From: Eledone cirrhosa
Lineage: Eukaryota
NCBI GenBank assembly: GCA_964016885.1
Contig: OZ024741.1
Location: forward strand, 178,808,001-178,872,000
Length of the DNA: 64,000 bases
Direction of reading: 5' to 3'
This document shows, in pieces, positions 31,321 through 44,800 of the stretch. Numbering within the stretch: the first letter of the stretch is position 1; each line of letters begins with the position of its first letter. The notes below the pieces were generated by a model, which worked only from the letters and a program-made list of their open reading frames with translations, was not told the DNA's origin and searched no databases. A program made the position numbers and the translations under genes.

Positions 31321-32298
31321 AAGGAAAGAAGAAGAAGAAGAAGAAGAAGAAGAAGAAACTTTCTTGTTTCTTTTTATTTCTCTTTCGATGTAATCAGCTA
31401 TCCTAAGGCTAATGGCCACTATGCGAATGTGCGGACCTGTTTGTGATATTCGCCTGCGCCTCCATTTTTCAGAGTAATTTAGTCGTAGTGGTGCGTTATC
31501 AAATTTAAGAAGTTCCCGATTCTGTCATATTAGTTTATATATATTTATATTTGTGGTTAAGATCTAGCAAACAAAAGAACGCAATTTGATTGATCGAATC
31601 AGCCATTCACATACTCTGTAGTTATTTTTATATTCTACTTTACGATATTCTTCAGGTAGTTACTTGTGAGAGAGCATTTATCTCATGCAAGGATCAAGAA
31701 TTTATTAATCCCCAGTTCCGATATTCTAAGCCAGTCCAAAATTTTTTCCCGCTTCTGTTTTTCCTGGGTTCTGGTTATTGAATATTTTTCGCCATTTCTT
31801 TTTTATATTTGATAAAGTTTTATCTTGGTATTTTATATATTCCTCAGATCGTCCCTCCCCATTCTGGTCTGTTTTATGCTCTTAAACACAATGACAGTTT
31901 TATTATTATTTTATTTCTTAAGACAAACAATTTTATCAAAAGTAATAGTCCATATGATTAGTGTGCTCGATTTTGCTGTACCGTATTTTGGGAGATATAA
32001 GAAACACTCTTATTTCTAAGAAAAGAGTTTTCAGAACAAAAACCTTAATACCTTTTAAGTATAACGTGATGTTTGTTTCGCTTTCAGCTTCAGTTCAAAC
32101 AGTTCAAATATCTTAATATACAAGACTCTAACTACACAAAAACGAAAGCTCAGAACACACTAATAGATTTGCAGCAAGAATCATGGTTATATAATTTGTT
32201 TTTGGACTAAGCGGTTTCATCTATGGGTAATATGTCAGAGTTTTATTTGTACTGGTGTTGTATATTTTTAACACGCGTCGTTATGTGTTATATATATA

Positions 32299-33135
32299 CT
32301 AGCTGAGTTACTCGGTAATACCCGGGAGCGGGGATATTCCCAGTTCCCATTAAAATGCCCAATGCCTGTCAGACCAAACAATAAATGTGACAGCAAGCAG
32401 AGAATATTAAGTTTATTTATAGAGAACATTTTAAGTCCACAACAGCTGAAGCCATATTTCGCTCATCAGTTAATCGAATATCAGCTTACGCTTTCCTCGA
32501 GTGATCTGGATTATTTTCTTAAGAAAAAGCCATCCTTAGCACATAATCTATCTGTGTTTCATGTTTGAAGGAAATTGGTGGAGAGCTTTAAAAGTTATGG
32601 CAGAAAATAACATTCATATGAGAACTTGCATACAAATTTCATATTCATTTTTTAAAAATCGATGCAGACTGGAAATTATCGATTTTTTAAAACTTCAAAG
32701 TACGTAAGAAATCAAATGGACTTGAGGCCTACACACGTGTCAAGTTTCATCAATATCGGTTTGGTATCTTTTGAGTTTTAGGTTCACAAACAAATCCACA
32801 AACAGACAGAAATTGCCATTTATGTATATAGATAGGGGGTTTAACCCCCATTAGGGTGTCTTACTATTATTGAAATGTGCTGACATTTTGTGAATAGGCA
32901 TCATATCTTGTCATTTACCTATGGTTTAAATTTCATATAAATCAAAGGGAAAACATTTTCAGTGGGGGTTTGAGCCCCCAGGAACCCTTTGATTAAAATG
33001 AAATATACAAAGAAATCAAATGGGTATGAGCCCACACACGTGTCAAGTTTCATCAAGATCCGTTTGGTAGTTTTTTAGTTTTAGGTTCACAAACAAACAC
33101 ACAAACAGACAGAAATTGCCATTTATGTATATAGA
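32299..33135 (-). mobile_element. Non-autonomous Helitron-like element
   Basis: Minus strand begins A|TC and ends CTAG|T with a subterminal GC hairpin (CTCGG..CCGGG). It has an ACAAACAGACAG tract near the TC end, and that end is duplicated (32707-32833 vs 33010-33136). Confidence 0.7.
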
Positions 33136-33488
33136 TATGTGTGTGTAGGGAGGGGTGTTTATACAATCCACAGACATAGCTTTATTACAATTTGATGATG
33201 AAACAGAATGTTACTTATTTTATCTTTAAAATAATGAGTCGTGTATTAATCTCCTTTTATATAGGGTTTCAAACTAAATGTCTTAAAATATCTTTATGTA
33301 CATTAGTGGTTATAATCTCAACAGGACTACTTTAAATTCCATTCCTCTTGGCTTGGCTTGGCTTGACTTGGTATAATTATAATAACCAAATAATCAAATA
33401 TTGAATTTGATTCAATTAGCTATAATCTCCCTTCTACATTATGAATGGCCCTGTCTCAAAATTAGAAATCATTATTTGTTTCATGCCA

Positions 33489-33970
33489 GGTAGATGGATT
33501 GGCAGTGTCGGTAGAAGGTCGGACGCCATGCTTTGACGCATAGAGTTACGGCCCTTGCCATTCTGTGTTCAAATCCCGCCGAGGTTAACTTTGCCTTTCA
33601 TCCTTACGGGGTCGATAAAATAAAGTACCAGTAATGCACTGGTATTTGCTGGCCTTGTGCTAAAAAGTAGAAACAATTATTTGTTTCATGCCATTTTCTG
33701 CAATTCAAGCAATTATTCTGACTTACCATTTATTTATCATTCATTAAATGTTAATGGTTTCTTAAATAGGCACAAGGCCAGCAATTTTGGGGGAGGGGAA
33801 AGTCGATTAAATCGATCGCAGTGCGTGACTGGTACTTTATTTTATCGACCCCGTAAGGATGAAAGGCAAAGTTAACCTCGGCGGGATTTGAACTCAGATC
33901 ATAAAGGGTCGTAACTCTATGCTGAAAAGCATGGTGTCCGACCCTCTACCGATACTGCCAATCCACCGCT
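33489..33970. mobile_element. Two SINE copies tail-to-tail (33489-33682 +, 33752-33970 -)
   Basis: Family A/B boxes and core in opposite orientations. Confidence 0.85.
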
Positions 33971-35261
33971 CTATTCATTAACTATTAATGATTTCTAGTC
34001 TGTAACTCTCCTAAAGGCGACAAAATAGCATAGTCGTTAGAACATCGTATAAAATGATTTGCAGTACTCGTTTCGGTTCTCTACAGCCTGAGCTCAAATT
34101 CTGCTGAAGTCAACTTTGGTCTTTATCCTTTCGAGGTCGATAAATATAGTATTAGTGAACCACTCAAGAGCTGGTGTCTATTCTTCCACATCCCCTTTCT
34201 CTTTCTCTTAAAAGTAATTGGCCGTGTTCAAATCTGGAGAAGGTTGGGTTCTGCCAGGTTTTGTTCCGAAGACGGCACTTCTTCGATTCCATCGGCTGTT
34301 TAAGTTTTGGCATGGCAACTCTCGTCTTATATATTAATATTTGGAAGATATATTCTATACCTAAATTTGAATATTCTATTTTATTTTCTGTATCTGTAAA
34401 GTCAATAGTCTTGACGTTTTATGTATTTTAATCGTTTCTTCTTCTTCTCCTCTTCCCCCTCTTCCTCGCAATGTTATGATAATTAATCTCTTCTGTATAT
34501 ATATTCAAAACCTCTATTAATTCCAGTCGTATAATACTACATCTATTATAATTCTTTCGACAGTTTTGATAAATTCGTAGGATTCCGTTGAATGGAAAAT
34601 TTGGTGGGGGAGGGTTGTTTAGTTTTCCTCTTTTTCTATATCCAATATAATTATTTCTACCTTGGATCTACTTCCGCATGATTTGAATTTGGGGTAAATT
34701 TCATCCAATAGAAAATAATTTTTTAGCAATTTTTTTCTTTTCGTTAGAACCTATTTATATTTCTTTCTTGTCTTATCACATTTTCCTTTTACACTTTAGC
34801 CTTTTTTTTTCTCCAGCAACTGTTCACTTTCTTCCTCGCGTTTGTATTTTATATCGAATTTGTTGCAGGTGTTTTTTGTTTTGTTTTTTTACTGGACCAG
34901 TATTAAATTGTTAATGCTCATATCCTTCAAGAGCCTGTTAACGTTATCGCTCAAACTTTGATAAATCGTGTGATAATGTTTGGGGAAATCTTACTGCTAT
35001 GCCACTGGTCATAAATCTTTCATCTTCTCTATATCCAATAGATTTTTCATCCACCATTTTTCCTTTCAATAGTACTTGCAATTGCTTATTTTTAACCTGG
35101 TCTATAAATGGGGTTATCTTTTTATTTATCTCTTTTTTTTATGTCCTTAGATACAGAAATCATTGAGTTGTTCTCTAAATCTATACGCTTTGTCGAGCAT
35201 AATCACTGGATTTGCTTGCACCGTTAATTTGTGATGAAACTATGTGTTTTTTTCACTCCCC

Positions 35262-35372
35262 CCCGTAAACCTATCATTGTCCTCACCAATCCCATAAATC
35301 TATCACTGTCTCCACCATTCCCATAAACCTATTACTGTCCTCGCTATTCCCATAAATATATCACTATCCTCC
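35262..35372. repeat. Tandem repeat, about 29 bp x 4
   Basis: CCCATAAATCTATCACTGTCCTCACCATT-like units. Confidence 0.7.
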
Positions 35373-36825
35373 TGCACCGGACTTTTAATCTACACTATCC
35401 ACTGTTTTTTTACCTTTTTAATCCAGAAAGAAAATCGACAGTTGTGGGCTGTATCAATGTCATTGTAGTTCTCCGTTGGTCGTCTTTAGATGGAAATTGA
35501 ACAGTTTAATCCATGTTTTTGAAAGTATATTTCACCCGTTAATGAAATAAGAAATGATGCTTATTTTAAGAAGTGAATCTTAAAATAAGCAATCATTATA
35601 TATAAGAATAGTTATGTTTAATCAACAGCTACGAAATTTAAAACATAAATTATGTAAAAAGTAGAAACAATTATTTATTCAAAGTAATCCAACTTATTTT
35701 ACTAACAGGATAAAAATATATATATTCAGGACACAGCCCCGCACTCCTCTCTTTATTATATTATGATACGTGTGTGTGTGGGGGGGGGGGGTTCTATCTT
35801 TTTAGATCTCTTCAGCGAAGCTAATCACGTTTAACGAAGCTAATCACGCATAATCCGTATAGCTTCGGCCGTTATTTACTCACTAAATGATTTTATAAGA
35901 ATCGTATAACTTACAATACAGAGTGGACACGATTCGTCAATCAGTAAATAATGAGGTTTCGTGTGGCTATAATAGATACACCTGAACTGCGGCAGTTTCT
36001 ACGTTACATTCGTGTGCAACTGTTGCATCAGCAAGTGCTACTTACAGAAGTCATGCAATATTACCCTATATTACAAAACCAGGCTACGCAACGCGTCTGC
36101 AGTAGGAGTTCAGCCCTAATACAAACGGAAGATGTATCCAATCGACTGATACAGTCGAACTGGCATATCATAATGATAATGATAGCAGACAGAAGTAGCA
36201 TCACGTGACCTTATAAAAAGGAGGTCGGTTGAAAAGACCGTTGGGAGGAAAAATATATTGAAAGGAAATTCAAAGATCTGAATATGTACTTAAGCACTCA
36301 ACCGGGTTAGTTATGTGAATAATAAATATAAGATCTGCGAAATACGTACAATCGAATTAATATAAAAACAGTGTTCAGCTTACGATTAAAAGCACATCTG
36401 TCACCTGGGAGATTAAATAAATATAGTTCAGCGTATCTAATCGGGTATAATCCGTATAGTTCCGTTATTTACTCATTCAATGGTTTTATATGAATCGTGT
36501 ATTGTAAATGTGAACTTATAATTCAGAGTGGACACTTTTCGTTATTCAGTAAATAAAACGGCTTAATTTCGAGCCCCAGGTGTCGACGAGGTTCCCAAAA
36601 TGTTGATTGTAATTTTGAGGGAAAACATAACATTTGTATAGGAAATGAAAATACATGAAATAATACAATAATATATAACTTATTTATATAGATATCTGAT
36701 TTATCTGAAATATGTTTATATTTATTCTGTGTGCTGATTTATTTACATATCTATTTACTTATTTTTGTTCATGCTTAGGGTCGATAGATGGTCATGGCCT
36801 CTATGAAAGGGTTGATGGTCTAAAA

Positions 36826-37152
36826 CAGAGTTTCTCAAACTTTTGGGGACACTGCCCCACTCATGGCCATTTAATACCCTCAGCACCCCGCCCTTATTTC
36901 CAGAGTGACCTACCTACACGGAAATTGTAACTAATAAAATCGTTAATTTATAGATAATAAATAATATAATATATACTATCTATAAATAAATATTATATAT
37001 GTTTTATTTTACTATATTTATATATATGTAATCATTTGATATTTAATATACTATTATATCATCTCTACCGCCCCACCTCACCCTAGGCCCCAGCGTCCCT
37101 TGGACCTTCTCAAGGCCTCGGGAGACAGTAGCGCCCACTTTCAGAATCTCTG
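36826..37152. mobile_element. hAT (Charlie-like) MITE
   Basis: Imperfect TIRs CAGAGTTTCTCAAACT and (reverse complement) CAGAGATTCTGAAAGT. The 8-bp TSD-like flanks GTCTAAAA and CTCTAAAT resemble the NTCTAGAN Charlie target. Confidence 0.7.
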
Positions 37153-37553
37153 CTCTAAATCGTATCAGGTTATGTGAGTAAATATACCTAAGGGCCAGAT
37201 TTCTGTTAAACAATACAACGGATCTAGTCAACCACCACGTTACCTCTATCACCTACATTAAACTTACTACCCAAATTACGTTTACCAAACAAATTACGTC
37301 TACCACATATAATTTCATTATGCTTGATATAGCTGAATATATATTTTTATATTCATTATGATTCATTAGCTTAATATAGTTGAATGTATATTTTTATTTT
37401 GTTTATCGAAGAGATAGGGTTAATAAGCAAATCGAATTAATTGGATTTCATATCTTTTATTACTTAAATTGATATTTATTTCAAATATCATTTGTTCATG
37501 TGGAATGATTTTTAACAGATGAGACTAGGAGAATATATGAATATCACCGAAAG

Positions 37554-37554
<1 letters not shown>

Positions 37555-37618
<64 letters not shown>

Positions 37619-37838
37619 TGTGTATGTATATATATATATATATTTTTATACATATATATATACATACATATATACATATACACATATATATATATATACA
37701 TATATGTATATATATATACATATACACATGTATATATATATACATATATATATATATATACATGTATATATATATATGTATATACATATACATGTATATA
37801 TATATGTATATATATATACATGTATATATATATACATG

Positions 37839-37888
<50 letters not shown>

Positions 37889-38290
37889 CATATATGTATA
37901 TATGTATATATATATACATATATGTATATATGTATATATATATACATATATGTATATATATATATACATATATATATATACATCTATATATATATACATA
38001 TATATATATACATGTATATATATATACATATATATATATACATGTATATATATATACATATATATATATACATATATATATATACATGTATATGTATATA
38101 TATACATACACACATGCATATATATATATAGGGAGAGAGAGAGGGGGAGAGAGAAATATAGATAGGTAGAGAGAGAGAGAGAGAGAAAGAGCGAGGGGGA
38201 GGGAGGGAGAGAGAAATACATGTATAAGTATAAAACCGTATATATATATATGTGTGTGTATGGGTGTGTGTGTGTGTCCATTTATGTGTG
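37555..38290. repeat. Compound (TG)n/(TA)n/(TACA)n/(GA)n microsatellite
   Basis: Direct inspection. Confidence 0.95.
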
Positions 38291-38511
38291 TTGTGTGAAC
38301 ACTTGACATTGATATATGAATCATATTTTCCTTCGATCAGGTGATTTTTATAATTCTGTGTATTTCTGCATACTCTCTCTCTCTCTCATACACACACACA
38401 AACACATACATGCAAGTATACATACGCATAAGTTGATGTACTATACTCACTCTCGCTCTATTTCATGCTGGTTGATGGAAATAAGTATTGTAAGATTGAA
38501 ATTATATATAT

Positions 38512-38876
38512 ATATCACAGTAAAAGAAAGAATCAGTGTTGCGACGAATGGAATTTATTGGACATATTATAATCGTTTCTCTGGCGACCAGCTCGAGGCA
38601 CAATCGATGTGATGATCGAACCTGACTCAGAAAATCGCAAGGTCCTCAGATACGTCTTGATTCTACGTAGCAGATTTTCCTATGAGTCAGGTTCGATCAT
38701 CACACCGATCGTGCCTCGAGCTGGTCGCCAGAGAAACGATTGTAATATGTCCAATAAATTCCATTCATCGCAACACTGATTCTCTTTTTTTCTGTGATAT
38801 CATACTCTGCTCTATGAGAGCATCGAGTGCTCATACGGCCTACCGCAAACGAACGCTTTAAGCATCCAACACCAAT

Positions 38877-38878
<2 letters not shown>
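38512..38878 (+). mobile_element. Fold-back + tail element, family A
   Basis: Arms at about 38512-38635 and 38672-38800, followed by the tail ATACTCTGCTCTATGAGAGCATCGAGTGCTCATACGGCCTACCGC, homologous to the reverse complement of 6308-6353. Confidence 0.8.
38561..38656 (-). ncRNA. Type-I hammerhead with about 60-nt stem II insert
   Basis: gacgtat CTGAGGA ccttgcga...tcgccaga GAAAC gatt ATA atatgtc. Stem I is 7 bp and the mirror arm has GTA at the cleavage site. Confidence 0.65.
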
Positions 38879-38943
<65 letters not shown>

Positions 38944-38945
<2 letters not shown>

Positions 38946-39208
38946 CGAAGGAGCTGTGGTAAGGAACCAGATGGACCATAACGCACCAGGGTACTCAATA
39001 CTTGGGGTAGTAGAGTCGGTAATAGGAGAAAGTATGACCGACCCCGGAAGCAGAGCTCAAGCCGTTTCGACGGCTATTTCTGGACTAAAATAAGAGTTTC
39101 CCTTGAAAAGTTCGGCTATTTATTTACCAGGCTAAAAACTCTTATTTTAGTCCAGAAATAGCCGTCGAAACGGCTTGAGCTCTGCCGTGGGGTCATACTT
39201 TCTCCTAT
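38944..39208 (-). mobile_element. Fold-back + tail element, family B
   Basis: Tail 38944-39021 and inverted arms 39022-39208 with GCCGTTTCGACGGCT, in (TA)n. Confidence 0.8.
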
Positions 39209-39247
<39 letters not shown>

Positions 39248-39324
39248 GCTCTAGGGTTCTTATATATTTGATATATATTTATCCTTATCGAGCCCTATTT
39301 GGATTTTAGTCTTCACATTATTAT

Positions 39325-39372
<48 letters not shown>

Positions 39373-39381
39373 ATATATATG

Positions 39382-39412
<31 letters not shown>

Positions 39413-39513
39413 GTATACATATGAATGTATATATATGTGTATATATATATGTATATATATATATGTATATATATATATGTATATATGTATATATATATAT
39501 ATATTTATATATT

Positions 39514-39544
<31 letters not shown>

Positions 39545-39599
39545 ATATATTTATATATTTATATATATATATATAAGCAAAAGGGATATTTAATTTGTT

Positions 39600-39942
39600 G
39601 TTAATTCAACAAATATATATATTTATAACAGATTCGAAGCACTCGACAGATTTTCTGGAGTATAATATCAGTGATATTAATAAATGGAAACTATATTTAT
39701 AAAACCCTATTTATTCTATTATATATATTTCAAGAATGATATTAATAAATGGAAACTTTGGTACGCACTCATCAGATAAAATACAAAGTTTGTTTTATAA
39801 ATATTGACATATCCAGGAAGGAGATCTTCACGGTTCAAGTATTTGATGAGAGCGTACTAAAGTTTTGGTACCCTTGAAATATATATAATAGAATAAATAT
39901 GGTTTTATAAATATAGTTTCCATTTATTAATATCATTGATAT
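39600..39942 (-). mobile_element. Fold-back + tail element with hammerhead halves
   Basis: Arms 39667-39733 and 39873-39940, an inner IR carrying (C/T)TGATGA, and GCACTC in the left tail. Confidence 0.7.
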
Positions 39943-40134
39943 ATATATATATATATATATTCTTGGTCTCAGTGGCACGTCAGTTTTCTCAAGCAATTTC
40001 GCATGTAGCGAAACAACCTTGTAAATGTTCTACATCCATTGCTATTATAATCAATAAGATCTTATTAACTATTTTAATGGTAATGGGATTTTATAATCTA
40101 AGAAAATATATGAGGATTTACGTCTTTCACTCTC

Positions 40135-40885
40135 TTCGTTTCATTCATTTTTTATTAACGCCAAATAATTTTATTTACCCTTCATTCACGCAAAATAACT
40201 TCAATGACCCTTCATTCACACAAAATAATTTCATTCAGCCTTCATTCACGCAAATAATTTCGTTTTTCATTCTTCCAAATGAAATAATTCCATTCACCTC
40301 TCATTCATGCCAAAGACATTCATAAAAATTCCATTTACATGAAATAACTTCATTCACATTTCCTTCTTCTTCTTCTTCTTCTTGAGAGGGTCGCGGGGGC
40401 AGAGTCCTCAAACACACCCTCCAGCGGGTCCTGTCTGAAACAAGCGTCTCCAACTGATCCGGTTGGATATCCATGAGTTTGGCTGGTCACATTTCATTCA
40501 CGCCGAATAATTTCATTTACACATTATTCAAGCGTAATAATATCATTCTTATTCCATTCACACTTCATTCACGTCATATAACTTCATTCACCTTTCATTC
40601 ACACCAAATACTTTCATTTTCACTTTTTTCACGCCATATAATTTCATTTACAATTTATTCAAGTGAAATAATACCATTCACATTTCATTCAAGCGAAATA
40701 ATATCATTCATCTTTCATTCAAGTGAAATAATTTTATTCACCTCTCATTCACGTCAAATAATCGCATTCACTTCACATCAAACAATTTCCTTCACTTTAT
40801 TCACTTCAAATAATTTCATTCACATTCTTTCACGACGAACAATCTCCTTTACACTTTATTCACGTTAAATAATGTCATTCATCTT
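40135..40885. repeat. Degenerate minisatellite, about 30 bp unit, interrupted by an RTE fragment
   Basis: TTCATTCACGCAAAATAATTTCATTCACC-like units, roughly 20 copies. Confidence 0.8.
40363..40488 (-). mobile_element. RTE-like LINE 3' end with (GAA)n tail
   Basis: Aligns with 57040-57130 (GTCGYGGGGGCAGRGTCCTCAAA). Confidence 0.65.
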
Positions 40886-41109
40886 GGTTTAGGCCTTGGT
40901 CAGCCCTAATGGAGTAGACCTATGACCAAAGACATGTTAGCTGTGACTATTGCGTTATTTACTTAATTTTATCTTCTTTTTTTTATTTTTCAGGCCTAAC
41001 TTATTTAGGACTACATTATCCATGTAAGTACGACTAAAATCAAATGCCTATTTAGATTGTTTAGCCTGGTGTGATTTCTTTTATTTACATATTGTTTTGT
41101 ATATTTTTG

Positions 41110-41774
41110 TTGTTGTTGTTGTTGTTATTATTATTATTGTTGTTTTTATTTTCTTTCATTATTGTTTCTGAGATATATGCCGAATGTCTTCCTGACACCT
41201 AGGGCAAATAAATTCACAGTGTGCATTGGTAAGCCAGTTAATACAGCACATTGATTACAATTTTTAAAAAATAAAAAATAAAAAAAAAATAGTATACATA
41301 TATACACATGTGCATATGCATATGAAAATACAAGGAGTGATATCAATTTTACAGAAATAGTGCTCTTCTCAATACGTATGCAGTACCAGTCAAACAATTT
41401 TTTGCACCTCGTAAACCAGGAATCATTCACAAATATTGTTCTGTTCCTTTCTTGATCATTCCCAGTCCTCCCACAATCACTGGTATTGTAACGGCCTTGG
41501 GTGCCACATTTTCTCAATTTCAATGAGCAGATCTTTATAATTTTGTCAAATTCTTTTGCCGCGATATTGTGATCACATGGGATGCTCATATCTATCAATA
41601 AACAGACCTTGTTATGTTGATATTTTACAATGATGTCAGGTCTATTTGCTTTTATGGTCCTGTCAGTATGTACAGGAAAGTCCCAGAGAATTGTTACTTT
41701 TTCTCCTTCAGTTACAGTCTCAGGGTGATGATTGTACCACTTGTCTTCAGCTTTGATTTTGTAATGCCGACATA

Positions 41775-41775
<1 letters not shown>
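41110..41775 (-). mobile_element. 5'-truncated R4/Dong-type LINE (RLE end)
   Basis: KWYNHHPETVTEGEKVTILWDFPVHTDRTIKANRPDIIVK...LIDMSIP, bounded by (TAA)n/(CAA)n. Confidence 0.85.
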
Positions 41776-41810
<35 letters not shown>

Positions 41811-41813
<3 letters not shown>

Positions 41814-44800
41814 AGTTGCATTTAACTTGCTTTATGTTCATACGAGTTATCACCAAGTCACAACCAGTGACCTCAAGAGACAACAAGGTCCGCCATGTTC
41901 AAGGAAGAACATACATACTCACACATGCATCCTTAGTGTTTAGACTTGTGATGTACTTATATTGACAGAATCTTCCTTAGTATATGGGCAGTTCCCATTA
42001 GTACTATCTTTTGTATTTCTCCTATACGCGGGTTTCCTGGGATCTGCGATAAGTAATCATTAGACCCCTTAGGTATCATTCCCAGAGCGCCTACAACCAC
42101 TGGTATTGTTTTAGTTCTCAATTTTCACATTTTTCCAATTTCTATCTCCAGGTCCTTATACTTGCTCAATGTTTCAAATGTTTTTATAGATACATTCTTG
42201 TCTATTGGAACGGACATATCAATTAGCAGACATACCCTCTTTTAAAGTCCTTCAGTATAATATCCGGTCTATTTGCATCTATTTTTCGGTCTGTTTGGAT
42301 GCTAAAGTTCCACAAGATTGAGATGTGATCTTTTTCAAGTATGGGAGGTGGTTGATGCTCCCACCAATTCTTTTGATGGGGCAGGTCAAAATGCTTACAC
42401 ATTATCCAATGTATGTATTGTGCAGCTCTGTCATTCCTGTTTAGGTATTCGGTTGGAGCTATAGGACTGCACATTGAAATTATATGGTCAATGGTCTCTG
42501 GTTGTTTTTTGCATACACGGCATAATGGGCTGCATCCATTTTTTATTATGTTGGCTTGGTGATTTTTTGTTGGCAGACACTGATCTTGTGCTGATATAAT
42601 CAGTCCTTCAGTCTCCGATTTCAGTCCAGAGGATGCCAACCACTGATGGGTTAAAGTTTTGTCAACATCAGGATTGTTAGCTCGCTCTGGGTATTTTCCA
42701 TACAGAGGCTTTTCTTGCCATTTCTTAGCCAGTTTCTGTAGCAGTTCTTTCTTTGCAGTTACTTTTACCTGCTTTGCTTTTTCTGTGTTTTCCATTTCAG
42801 CAGTAAATGGGACTTCTGAAATTTGTAGTCCATTACTGTATCTTTGTGCATCTTTTGTAATGGAATATGATTTTTTGATGCTTTCGTGTTTCAAAACGAG
42901 TTTGATCATCCAATCATGTGATTCCCTTAGATATGTAGATAATCCAATTGTTGCAGTTTTCAACGCAATGTCTAACTCGATTAACCCACGTCCTCCTTCT
43001 TTCCTAGGGAGATATATTCTATCTATATCTGCCTTAGGGTGATGCATTCTGTGCATGGTTAAGAATTTTCGAATTTTTGTATCGAGCCTACGGATCTCTG
43101 TGCTTGACCAGTTGATGACATTGTAACTGTAGGTTACTACTGGTATGGCAAGCGTGTTTATGGCATCGATCCTATTCCTTGCATTCAATTCCGTTCTTAA
43201 GATTGCTCTTACTCTGCGGTAACATTCCTTCCTTATCCTTTCCCTCATTGTCGAGTGCTTGATTCACAAACACCTAGATATTTGTAAGTTTTTCTTGATC
43301 AAGTTCTCTTATCACGTTCCCCCGATCAAGATTAATGTCTGAACTCTTCAGCAGCTTTCCTCTGGTGAACGTTGCTTTGGCGCATTTATCTAGTCCAAAC
43401 TCCATTTTAATGTCATCACTGAACTGCTCCACAGTGGATAATAGCCCTTGCAATTATTCATCATTTTTTGCAAATAGTTTCAGGTCATCCATGTAGAATA
43501 GGTGATTAATGGTTTTGTCATAGACTTTATATCCATGTTTTGTTTCATTGAGCATTTTACTTAATGGTATAAGTGCGATGCAGAATAAAAGCGGTGATAA
43601 AGAGTCACCCTGAAAAATTCCACAATTAATATTAACTTCTCCAGCTTCCAGTGATTTTGTTTCACTATTCAAAAGGAGTGTCGTTTTCCATGTCTTCATA
43701 CTGAATGACAAAAACCTCCTGACAACGGGGGATATTTTGAAAATCTCTAAACATATTTCAATCCAACTGTGTGGCAAACTATCGAATGCTTTTTTTATAA
43801 TCTATCCAAGCAATCGATAGATTTTTGTGTCTATTATGACAATCTTCCAGTATCATTTTGTTAACCCGAAGCTGATCCTTACAGCCATATGAGCCTCGTT
43901 TACACCCTTTCTGCTCAATGGGAAATAGGTCATTTGTTATCGGGTGGTCATATGTGTATTCAGTTAGGACTGATGTTAAAATTTTATACATTGTGGTCAA
44001 GCAAGTTATCGGTCTGTAATTTTGGGGATTGTTTCTCTCATCATTCTTCGGAAGCAGGAATGTAATGCCGTTAACTAGCCATGATGGTATCTTTTCTGGC
44101 TCCTTAACTATTTCATTGTAAAGTTGGGCTAACAGCTCATGAGACTCTGTGAAGGCATTTATCCAAAAGTTTTGTATTTTGTCTTTTCCTGGGGATTTCC
44201 ATTTGCTGGTTTTTCTTAGAGCCAAGCGCAACTGTTCAACTGTTATATTTTCCCATATTTGTTCCTCAAGGTGAGCTGTATCTTTCATTTGTCTGTCTAT
44301 CCATGGGGCATGTATGTTATGAACTTTTTCTTCGGCCCAGATCTTTTCCCAGAATTCTTGCACTTCCTCCTTGGGTGGTATTGGTTTAGCAGTTATTGTT
44401 GACTTACCAATTTTTCTGTAGAAGTTTCTTTGGTTGTTTTTGAACATATTATTTTCCTTATAGAATCTAGATCGTTTTTCAAAGCGCCTTATACGAGCAG
44501 TTTTGGCCGACACTTTTTGCTTGATTATTTCTATCAGCATGTCTATGTCACATGTTGATTTTATACTGTACTTTTTTTTCAATTTTCTAAGTTTAGTTTG
44601 TTTAACATGTTCACCTACTTTATAGTTTGTTAAAATTTCTATGTCAGATCGGAGAAGGTTTATTTGGCGATTGATGTTCTCTTGCCAAGTAGATTTCTTG
44701 TAAGAATTCCTTTGTTTTTTCATCTTCACTCCACATAAGTGAGTGGTGACTTTAGCCGATGCATAATAGAGATGATTTAAATCAGTAATGTTTAGTTTGT

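Noticed and set aside
31440-31480. GCCTGCGCCTCCATTTT (NRF1/YY1-like) and TGCGCCTGCGC at about 53543 as promoters
   Set aside because: Short motifs alone, with no supportable downstream exon or ORF.
40135-40885. Regular 30-bp repeats as a CRISPR-like array
   Set aside because: There are no unique spacers, the units are degenerate, the context is eukaryotic and there are no cas genes.
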